A stretch of DNA of 56,322 bases from Prorocentrum cordatum. Taxonomy: Eukaryota. Positions 13,034-24,100 of this stretch are shown piece after piece. The position numbers were made by a program, and so were the translations under genes. The stretch's first letter is position 1. Every line of letters starts with the position of its first letter. Below the pieces are notes generated by a model. That model saw only the letters and a list, made by a program, of their open reading frames with translations, ran no database searches and was not told the DNA's origin. The DNA is taken from the NCBI GenBank assembly GCA_963575745.1, contig CAUYUJ010000096.1, positions 62,001 through 118,322 of the forward strand, read 5' to 3'.

Positions 13034-13462
13034 CTATATTGGGAATGTGATCTTGCTCGGGAAGAAGTAGAGCTTGCGCGGGATGAGGCAGATCATGCCG
13101 CGGAAGTAGCGAATCTGGTGGGCACTCCAGGCCCGAGAAATCTGAAATAACATCTGAAAGGTTCTCCTGTTCCTTGGGGGCACCAGGGGCGTCCCAATCC
13201 CCGCGTGCTTGTCGTCGCAGTGCAGGTGGAACTGCTGGTGCTCTATGATGCTGAAGATCTGATCTGGGTTCCTGTGGCGCACATTCAGGCTGAAGAGGAG
13301 CTTGCGCAGCTTCGGGGCAAGGAGGCTGGAGGTCAGGAGCTGGCCGAAGGTGCTGTAGAGGATGAGGCCAATGTCCTCGTGGTGCTTCAGACCCAGGAGG
13401 TCTAGCATGGTCTCCGTCTGTGGTCGTGGTTCTCCATGGAGACCAGCGTTTGTTAAAGCCAT
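13034..13462 (-). CDS. Small intervening LINE ORF (142 aa), unknown function
   Basis: ATG overlaps the end of ORF1 (ATGGCTTTAA); its TAG is 2 nt before the ORF2 ATG; non-repetitive Leu/Ile/His-rich sequence. Confidence 0.55.
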   Translation of the reverse strand: MALTNAGLHGEPRPQTETMLDLLGLKHHEDIGLILYSTFGQLLTSSLLAPKLRKLLFSLNVRHRNPDQIFSIIEHQQFHLHCDDKHAGIGTPLVPPRNRRTFQMLFQISRAWSAHQIRYFRGMICLIPRKLYFFPSKITFPI

Positions 13463-14886
13463 TGTACTGTGTCCTCAGCTTTGTAGAGAGCGGCAAATTC
13501 TGCAGCGATGGTGGCTTTGTTGATAGGAACCTTGGACAACGCATCTTGATTCCAACGAATGACCGTGGCCGCGTCCATGCCAGTGAGCTCCAGTTTGGCG
13601 GTGGGGATGGTGTTGCAGAAAATACGTCCTTGATCACGACGCGCGCGCCAATTGCGCGTGGGGTAGTGGGCCTGACAGAGAGCGAGTAGCTTTTTAGTTT
13701 GAGTTTCCATTCTGATGCGCTTGATGTTCTTATCGGGGTTGACGTAGAGCGGGACGTACTGGCCGTGGTTGATGACGCAGTTAGTGGGGGTCTGAACTGT
13801 GAACTTTCTGTAACCTCCTCGTCCTGGAAGCTGAAGGGCACGAGCGAGCGCAATGGATTTGGTAATGGCGACAGATCGGCCGCCCAGAAGCTGAAGCATG
13901 TAGCGCCGATTGGGTCCTTCACCGTGAATCTGGAACTGCTGCGGGGCCACTTCAGCTGCATCCAGCCATTCTGTGATGGGCGTGCGAACTGCGGCAGCGT
14001 CGACGGGCTGCGCGGAGGAGAGAATGTAGATGGCGGGATCGGGCTCGCGATCCCAGTCTGAGAGCTTGGCCATGTCCAGGATGGGAGCATCGGCTTCGCC
14101 CAGGCTGAGCTGCTGATTGATACGCTGGATGGCGCTCCAGACTTCCTTATGTTGTGATTCTTGTTTGGCTTGAGCGATCTTGATAGCCATGAGGTCTTGT
14201 TCTTGCCCATCCAATCTGCGAGTGGTAGCTGCTTCGTGTCGCTGTAGAGCGGCAATGAACTGCGTTTGCGAGGCGGATACTGTTTCTCCAACTGCGGTAT
14301 TGATTGCTGCCACTTGTGATGCCATGATATGCTTGAGCTCGCGCTGAATGTCTGGGTCCAACGTTGATTGAGACCACGGTCCGCCTGCTGGCGTGGCGGT
14401 GCCTTCTGCTGCATGAGCTGGGGCGGCAGGAAGCTGTGCGGCGGGTAGTTGTGCGGCTTCGTGGGTGTCGCGTGTGGTTTGAGCTTCATGGTGTTCACGT
14501 GCTTGTCGTTCTTGCTGTGCGTGTTGATGAGCTTGCCAGTGAGCTTGTTCTTGAGAGGGAAAAGTAGGTGCTGCATCGAGTTCTTCCAGTGCTGCTCGCT
14601 GCCATGCGTCTTGCGTGGCTGCTGAATGAAATCCACGAGGGGCGCCGTTAGCTTCACGTTCGAGAGGGCCTTTAGAGCGTCCACTGTGTCCTTTGTGCGG
14701 CGGGCGTGAACCTTCAGATGAAGAAATGCGTTGGCGTCGATCCTTATCACGTCGGCGATGTCGATCACGGTCGCGGTCTCTATCTCTGTCGCGCCTTGCT
14801 GAGTGTCTGCGGCGATCCCGACGGTGTCCACTGGCCTGACTTCTGCTCTTGGAGTCACTTCGTGAAGAGGCGGAGGCGGAGTCCAT
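13453..14886 (-). CDS. LINE ORF1 protein (477 aa): RS/RD-rich N-terminus, Q/E/A-rich coiled coil, globular C-terminus
   Basis: Long ATG-initiated ORF ~210 nt after the SL relict, upstream of APE-RT; heptad-like LDGQEQDLMAIKIAQAKQESQHKEVWSAIQRINQQL. Confidence 0.85.
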   Translation of the reverse strand: MDSASASSRSDSKSRSQASGHRRDRRRHSARRDRDRDRDRDRHRRRDKDRRQRISSSEGSRPPHKGHSGRSKGPLEREANGAPRGFHSAATQDAWQRAALEELDAAPTFPSQEQAHWQAHQHAQQERQAREHHEAQTTRDTHEAAQLPAAQLPAAPAHAAEGTATPAGGPWSQSTLDPDIQRELKHIMASQVAAINTAVGETVSASQTQFIAALQRHEAATTRRLDGQEQDLMAIKIAQAKQESQHKEVWSAIQRINQQLSLGEADAPILDMAKLSDWDREPDPAIYILSSAQPVDAAAVRTPITEWLDAAEVAPQQFQIHGEGPNRRYMLQLLGGRSVAITKSIALARALQLPGRGGYRKFTVQTPTNCVINHGQYVPLYVNPDKNIKRIRMETQTKKLLALCQAHYPTRNWRARRDQGRIFCNTIPTAKLELTGMDAATVIRWNQDALSKVPINKATIAAEFAALYKAEDTVQWL

Positions 14887-15094
14887 ACGGAAGTGTGGTA
14901 CAGCACTATGCCACGTGTTGCCTGTCCGATACCAAGCGAGAGAAGAGCCAATCCAAATACCTGCAATCGAATTAGTTGAATTAGTAATTGTGTGACAGTG
15001 AGCTTCGTCTTGCGAATATGGAGCGGAGCCGTGGGCTGGGCGGCCTCACGGTCCAGTGAGTTATAGAATGGAACCGAGCTGAACGGCCAGCTGC

Positions 15095-15131
15095 CTTGAG
15101 CCAGAATGGCTTGAGCCAAAATGGCTACGGA
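15095..15131 (-). other. Dinoflagellate spliced leader (22 nt, perfect) plus tandem 15-nt relict SL
   Basis: Minus strand TCCGTAGCCATTTTGGCTCAAG (15131-15110) followed by CCATTCTGGCTCAAG (15109-15095). Confidence 0.97.
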
Positions 15132-15490
15132 GGAGGAGGAGGAGGAGGAGGAGGAGGAGGAGGAGGAGGAGGAGGAGGGGCAGCAGCGGGGCGCGAGCAC
15201 AAAGAGCGGCCCCGCTCCTGGAGGCAGCGGCGCGCTTAGTGGGCGTCCGCGCCAACCCAGGCCGCCGCTGCCGTTGGTGCCGGCTCGGCCCGCGCCGGCG
15301 CTGGACTGATGCGGCGCGGGGGCCTGAGAGGCAGCGGCCGCGGCCGCTTCGCCTGCGGGGGGAGTGCGGGGGAGGGAGGGAGGGAGGGAGGGAGGAGGGG
15401 AGGAGAAGGAGGAGGAGGAGGAGGAGGCTGAGAACGAGGAGGAGGAGATGGAGGAGGAGGAGAAGAGGAGGAGGGATGGAGGGAGGGAGC
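15132..15490. repeat. (GAG)n/(GGGA)n microsatellites, 5' flank of the LINE
   Basis: Direct reading. Confidence 0.85.
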
Positions 15491-16324
15491 GGCAGCGGCC
15501 GCGGCCGCTTCGCCTGCGGGGGGGGGTGCGGGGGCGAGGCGCCGACATACGTCCAGAAGGTCGGCCCTATGAGAGCACGTCAATTGGGCCGGAGCCCGAG
15601 ATGCGCTTTGGATCCCTGTGTGATCCATGAGCGTGAAGCTCGCGGAGGAGGGGCGGCGACGACGAAGACGACGACGAGGAACAACAACCAAGACAAGTCG
15701 GCAAAAAGCCTACACTTTGGAAAAGGCCGGCCAAGAGCCAACGTTTACGCGTCAGCATGCATTCGGAGTGGCGGAATAGGAGCGAAGTAATGCGAGGTGC
15801 ACTATTCAACTGAAGGCATGCGCTCCTCAGGAGGCCTACCATAAATCGAATGATGATGCCCTGATTATTTTCTTCATGCATTGCCGACGATTGTGAATCT
15901 TTTACTGGGGTTGTCTGGCGAGCCAGAAACTCTGTCCATTACTGTCGAAATTCGGATTCACGCCATCAGCTCCAATAGCCAAGTCTTGTCTGTACTCATC
16001 TCTGACTACGCAATTTTCAGAAGATGTATACAACGCTTCTCCCGAATCCGCGGAGTCGTACTTGAGAGCCACTTGCTGCCTGAATCCGGGTGCCAATGTG
16101 CAACTGCACATTGCAATCTGCTGAGCGACCCTGTCGCATTATTCCACGTGACCTGGGCTGCAGCAGCGGGCCAATCATAATGTTCACGCAACTGAAATTT
16201 TCCCCAATCAGAGCTTGCCTCGGTAGGGTTCCTGGCGGATTCATATGGTTAGGTGAACATTGCCGCCGATTTCTGCGGCCCGCCCTGGTGCCCGGGTGCC
16301 TGGGTGCCCAGGTGCCCGGGCGAC

Positions 16325-16882
16325 TTCTAGCCCTATGGCCCTATAGCCTTCTAGCCCTATAGCCCTGTAGCCCTATAGCCCAACAGGCCTATAGCCCTAT
16401 AGCCCTATATCCTGATAGCCTTATAGCCCTATCGCCCTAGAGCCCTGAAGCTCTATAGTCCTATAGCCCTATAGCCCCATAATCCGATATAGCCCTATAT
16501 AGCCTTACAGCCCAATAGCCCTATAGCCTTGTAGCCCTATAGCCCTATATTCCTATAGCCATATAGCCTTATAACCCTTTAGCCCTATAGTCCCTATAGC
16601 TCTGTATGCCTATAGCCCTATAGCCCCATCGCCCTATAGTCCTATGGTCCTATCGCCCCAAAACCCATAGCCCTATGGCCCTATAGCCCTATAGCCCTAT
16701 AGCCCCATAGCCCCATAGCCCTATAGCCCTACAGCCCTATAGCCCTATGGCCCTATAGCGCTATAGCCCTACAGCCCTATAGACCTATAGCCCTATGGCC
16801 CTATAGCTCTATAGTTCCATAGCCCTGTAGCCCGACAGCCCCATCGCCCTATAGCCCAATAGCCACATAGCCCTCTAGCCCT
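16325..16882. repeat. (GCCCTATA)n 8-bp minisatellite
   Basis: Direct reading, many degenerate units. Confidence 0.95.
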
Positions 16883-17239
16883 AAGCAGACTTCGATTTTT
16901 TTCTCCATTGTCATGTGCTGAAGTATTGAATATCCTATGCCATCCCAGCGATCGTCTATTTCTGCAAGTGCCCGAGCATGTCCGCGACATGTTTTATGAT
17001 GTTCGGGCCAGCCGCTGCCTGCCAACTTGCGACATTCTGCTATTCCTGCCAACATATCAAGTGTATCCTTCAGTTCTTCAACGCTGCCTCCGAAGTCCGC
17101 CGACCCTTTGTGGGTCCTCAGGCGTGTGAGATTGTTCCCCCCCATAATCCCCCCATGGGGGCCACAAACCTCGAATTAAACCCCCCCCGGGCCGCGCCAG
17201 GTTCCGGACAATGCGCGCCAAGGGGGGGGAACGCCCCAA

Positions 17240-17765
17240 AATGTTCCAAGAAGGCACCAAGACGCCCCCCCACGCGGTCCAAGAGGGCCGCGAATCGTTG
17301 GAATATCGACCCCAGACGCCGGCGATGGTCCCCAGACGCTCTCCGCAGCCTCCAAGACAACCCAAAATGCCCCGAAGATGTGCCCCAACAGGGTCCCCAG
17401 ACGCAAAAATGGCCCCATTCCCTTCGTAAAACGTGCCTTTTTTCGCAAACTCGCTTTCCCGCCTGTCCGACGCTCCAAGACGGCCTATGACGCCCCCGAA
17501 GTCGCCCCAGGACGGCCCAAAAGGCCTTCAAGAGGGCCCCCACATTGCCCCAGAGGGCCTCCAGACGGCCCCAGACGCACCCGACACGGCCCAAGGCCGC
17601 CTGAAAACGAGCCCGCGAGAGGGCCGGGAGGGGGACCACGATCCAAAAGGCAACCAAAAGGCCCTCAGGAGCTCCCAGGAGGTCCCCCTAGAACCCCCTA
17701 AGACGAACCCATGAGGCCCAAAAGGGGCCCCAAGAGACCCCAAAACGGCGCAAGAGGCCTCCAAC
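17240..17765 (+). repeat. Degenerate CCCCAAGACGG-type short-period interspersed repeat
   Basis: Same family at ~42750-43300(+), ~50140-50720(-), ~53985-54340(-). Confidence 0.7.
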
Positions 17766-18319
17766 CTGCACTCTTCCTCCCCCTCCCCGTCCTCCAGACT
17801 ACGTCCTCCCGACTACTATCCATGAGCCCTCTATTGTCGTCGTCGCCGTCGTCGCCTTCTTCATCCCCGCACCCTACTCATCGCCCAATTCCTCCTCATC
17901 CTCCTCCTCCCCCTCCTTATCCTCATCCAGCTCTTCCGTCCCCCCCCCCTCCCCGCATCGGCAGATGTTCTGAAATGGTAGGAGGCCCCCGAGAGGCCAA
18001 ACACGAGATCCCGACCAACATCCTCTAACCCTCTACCGTCGTCGTCGTCGTCGCCGTCCTCACGCCCATCTTCTACTCAACCTTTTCCTCTTCCTCCCCG
18101 TCCTCCACCTCGTTCTCATTCTCCACCTACTCCTCCCTACCCCCGTTTCGGCAGATGTACGAGACCTCGACACTGCCTGCCAAAAACCACCCATAACGAA
18201 TCGTAGAACTCAACCTACATACGAAAGGCCTCATACCGACAACCCAGGCACGGTGGCGGGATGGGCCCGCCACCGTGCCTCTCCTTTCCCTCTACGTGCA
18301 CAGATCTATCCTCAAAAAG

Positions 18320-20005
<1,686 letters not shown>

Positions 20006-20907
20006 AGTCCCTCCTTGCCCGCCTGCTCGATCACAAGATAGACCCAAACATGTCGGCCCACGGGAGCTTCCGAGAACCACTTGCGGCGGGGGCCGAAACG
20101 ATGTCCAAGGTTGCACTGGCGCGTGTTCACGGGCGATCATGGGGAATCTGCCAGCGACGATTTCGACAATTCGAACCGCGCGCGCGCCGCAAACACTCCA
20201 TCAACACACCGGGCACAAAGGCGCACCGACACGCAACACCCATGCGCAAGCAATTACGTTATTTTCACGATACGTCTCTGTGTTTTGCTGAATGCTGGCG
20301 GTGTGCCCGTGGTGCGCCTGCGTCGTGGTGCTCGCGAACGTGCGTTTCCAATGGCAGCGCCCCCGCACAAACGATAGCTCGGTAACGCGACAGGAGAACT
20401 CTAAACTCAGGCCATGCAAGAATATTCCTGGCGTCCATATCCAGAATTCGTCAAATTCATGTTCATTGTAAATTTGGCAGCAATTCCGTTTTGCAAATAT
20501 GAACTCAAGAAACACGCGCCCCTACCAGATGGTTTTTCCGCCCTTGCCAGATGTGCAGTCGCCCACCCATCAGAGCCCCCACCCCCGATCAAGCTCTCCT
20601 TTGTCTCCCCCCCCCGCCCGGCCGTCCTCTTGCAATCAAGATGCGTCTGCTTCCTCCCGGGTGTGAACGATGGCTTCCGTCACTCTCCCCTCGCTCTGAT
20701 CCCTTGCGCCCGGAGCCCCCCGCAAAACGCCCCAAGCCCCGTGGGCATCTTTGAAAATTGCGAGCGTTCCCTGCGTCAAAACACACACGAAACATATTCG
20801 GTTGCAGCGCTACCCCCCGCCACTCCTCCGCCCCCGTGATGTCTTGGCCACCGAATCTCCTCAAAACGCACCCGGTGCCCCTATGTTCGACAAAATTGCG
20901 GGCGTGT

Positions 20908-21091
20908 TGTGGCAGCAGCGAGATGAGCGGATGCTTTTGCCTTGAGCCAAATCGGCAAACAACAGTACTGCCTTCTCTAGCTGACCTCTGCGTCTGAAAC
21001 AAACGAGTTCCCAAACTCGCTCTCATGACATGATCAACAGAAAAGACCATTAAGCTAAACCTATAATACCGAAATCAGGAAGCCTGTCACA
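20908..21091 (-). repeat. 3' LTR (184 bp)
   Basis: 181/184 identical to 30868-31051; termini TGTGACAG...CTGCCACA. Confidence 0.97.
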
Positions 21092-21181
21092 TGGGTCAAG
21101 CTTTCTCCTAGGTTTAGCTTCCCCGTTCAGAAAGCAACAACTGTACACAGCAAGTCAGACATCCTAGAAGAACAGGATGGG

Positions 21182-24100
21182 CTAGGAAGGTGAGTGAGAA
21201 AGGGGGGTCGTCCCGGAGGCCAACCCCAGGGCTGACTGAGCTGAGACAAACTCCGCCCACGATATCAGACGGGAGTCGCCGTCGAGGGTCCTTCTCGAAG
21301 CAGCATGGGATCGGTCCTTCGCACCGGGCTGCTCCTTACGACGGGCCATCTCAGCGCCCTCGTCTATGAGTACCAGCCGACCGTTGGCCAGCAGATTGGC
21401 CAGGGCGGCGTTGCTCTTGCTCACGTCGTCCTTCGTGAGTGCATCCACTGGCATCCTGCCGTGTGGCACCCACCGCACATGGCCCCGGGCTCTCTCGAGG
21501 GTCTCGCAAACCCCCGCCAGGTCCAGGGCGGTGCGCCTGTCTCGGGCACTGGCGTTGCCCTCCTTGAGCATTGTGTCGTAGATGCTTTTTGCATCTACTA
21601 CATGAACTTGATCTACTCGGCCGCCTAGTCGACAGTCCCTCCGGAGAACTGTCGTGAATGGTCCTGAACCCCTGGACGTGTCATTCACATCTACATCTCT
21701 GAAAACCACATCCCGGTACAAGACCTGCAGAAACTCTACTTCCGCCACTGCGGCAGAGAGGGCCTGGGTTTCCCCCGCCAAGGTCGACGAGACCTTCCTA
21801 CGCAACTTAGAGCTACGCCATCCTAACACGGAGGCCTTCACGGCGCAGTTATCCAGCACGCTCCTGTCCGTGGCAAGGATCATCCACGCACCCTGGGTGG
21901 GGTCTTCGGGGAGACCCCTCTCGTCCACAAGCCCTTCGTTAGCTCCAACACCTCCAGCATTCGAGAAGGACACAAACGCCATGCGGTCAGGGTCGAGCTT
22001 CCAAATGCTGAGGCCTCTGGAGGCCGTCGACCTCAAGTACCTCACCATACGATTGGCGATCGTGACGTCGCCGGTCGTAGCTTCCTTAAGACTACTAGCC
22101 ACAATGCTGGCAGCCCCTGCCGCCTCGGGTCGCGTCTCTCGACCGACCCAGTTAAGCTTATATATCAGGGAACGGAGGGACTTGAACTCTGCGGGAGTGA
22201 GAGGTGCTTTCTTTAGCCCGAGCCTCCCGCGCTCCATGCTCACTGGCCTGACCTCCTCTAGTATGTACTTCTCTTGATCGATGAGGGTCCGGTGGGGAGC
22301 AAACGACACGCGCCGTCCGGCGTGCTCGACTGGCCCCTCGTGGCAGTCGCGGTACTTCCCGAATTTGAACCGGGACTCGAGCACCTGACGAATCCAGGTG
22401 CGGGTCTCCCGAGAGCTGCTGGATATGAAGAAGTCATCCACTTCTAGAAGAATCATGTTCAGAATCGCCCCGTCGGGGGCGTACCTAATCCACCAGCACG
22501 GTTCAAGTAGGCTCCTTACGAAACCCTGTTTCTGCAGAAACCCGACCACGGTTTTCCTCCAAGCCAGGGGGGCATCGTCGAGCCCATACACGTTAACAAG
22601 CAAACGGATCAGGGACCCCTTTTCCACTCGGATCCCCTCGCAGGGTTCCACGTAAATCTCGCCTTGGGTCCTCTGCACCGGGTTCGATTGGCAGAACGCG
22701 TTTTTGACATCGGCTATGTCTCCTAGATGACCCAAGTTCATCATGACTTGGACAAACATGAGGATTGACGTGGTCTGAGGTGTGGGCGAATACACGAACA
22801 ACGAACCGGCATCGGGGTCCTTATGCCCGTGGACGCACCATCTCGACTTGGCAGCAGGCTCGGCGAAAGTGCCTTCCACCGGCTTCCACCGACGCACCAT
22901 TCGACTGGTGATTATCCGGTCTGGACAGGTGCGCCTGACGGCCTCCGCCTCCCTAGGAGGTATCACTTCCACCGCCCCCGAGCCCATCATGTTCTGCCAC
23001 TCTTTATCATCAGACATCTCGAACTTCGCTCTCTCCGCTGGGCTGAGCTGTTTGAGGGGAATCTCTCCCCCACGGCTGGCCGCCAGAACCCCGAAGTCCC
23101 CGGAGCTCTCGACCCTTTCCACGAGTCCCAGAAAACACCCGTCCTCGCTGGTCTCCACGAGAAACGAAGTCCCGCCCTCGACCTCGGTCCGGGCCTCAAT
23201 CTCGGCCACCCGTCGTCCAACAAGCTCTCCCCTGGGCCTCGACTGGCTTCTCTCCCTACTGTCTCTGGCGGCGGCAGCGGCACCGACAGCAGCAGCAGAC
23301 GACGACGGAACCGAGTCGGCCTCTTCAGCTGCTGGCTGCTCCAGGCCCGGGGGTGGCTCCACTCGTGGCCGCTTAGCCTCGCTGACCTCTGGTGGACAAC
23401 TGGCGGACCGAACTCCTGGCACCTCGTCTCCCAGGGGTCTCCGAAAACAGTGAGGGGCGTCGCTCGGCTGCTCGAGCTTGGCCCTAGCTGGCCTGACCGG
23501 CGCGGCCGGAGAGGGCGAGGGAGGAGACGACGCCACAGGGAGAGGAGGTTCGGAGGACGGAGGATCGACAGCTTCTCCGGAGATCCCTTTGTCGGGCCCC
23601 GGGACCGCCTGGGGATCCCCTTCGCCCGGAGGCGTGCCAGTACCTGACGATTCTCCTGGCTCCTCGATGCTCTCTGAAATCGAGGGGAGTCGTGTCATCT
23701 CGGACCCCGCGTTGGCCACCGCCGAACCCCCCGCCGATGATGGCCTGGACCGAGGACCCCGCGACCGGAGAAGAGGAGGCCCCGAACCGATGGGATCAAA
23801 ACCACGACCCACGGAGGGAGGGCCCACTGGGCCCGAAGGCTCGGCCACCTCGGACCTGACCCCGGGTCCCGCCAACTGAGGGGCAGAATCCGATTCTGGC
23901 GACAGAGGTTGATCCCAGGCCTCTTCGGGAGGGGGGCCTTCTCGCTGCACGTCCACGGCTGACGCTCGCCTAGACTGCGCCTGGGCCATGAGCTCGGACC
24001 ACTGTGGATCTTGGGCTACTTGAATCCCGAACTCCTCTTCGGGACTAGCGTGCCGCGCCTGTTCGGGGGAGCACTTCCATAGTCGGGCTCTCACTGCCAC

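Larger units (their letters stand above)
9091..15131 (-). mobile_element. Full-length non-LTR retrotransposon (APE-RT-CCHC LINE), SL-capped, inactivated by one stop and two frameshifts
   Basis: DinoSL at 5' end, ORF1, small ORF, ORF2 with endonuclease and RT motifs, short 3' UTR running into (CCT)n; (GAG)n on both flanks. Confidence 0.93.

Noticed and set aside
15110..15131. SL RNA gene
   Set aside because: SL is followed by a relict SL and LINE UTR rather than a GT donor and SL intron
10227..15548. 1773-aa ORF as one protein from 15548
   Set aside because: Its start lies outside the element in microsatellite flank, upstream of the SL; recognisable domains begin only after ~12870
15700..16260. 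Complex lower-GC segment as a gene
   Set aside because: Only short broken ORFs and no identifiable motif
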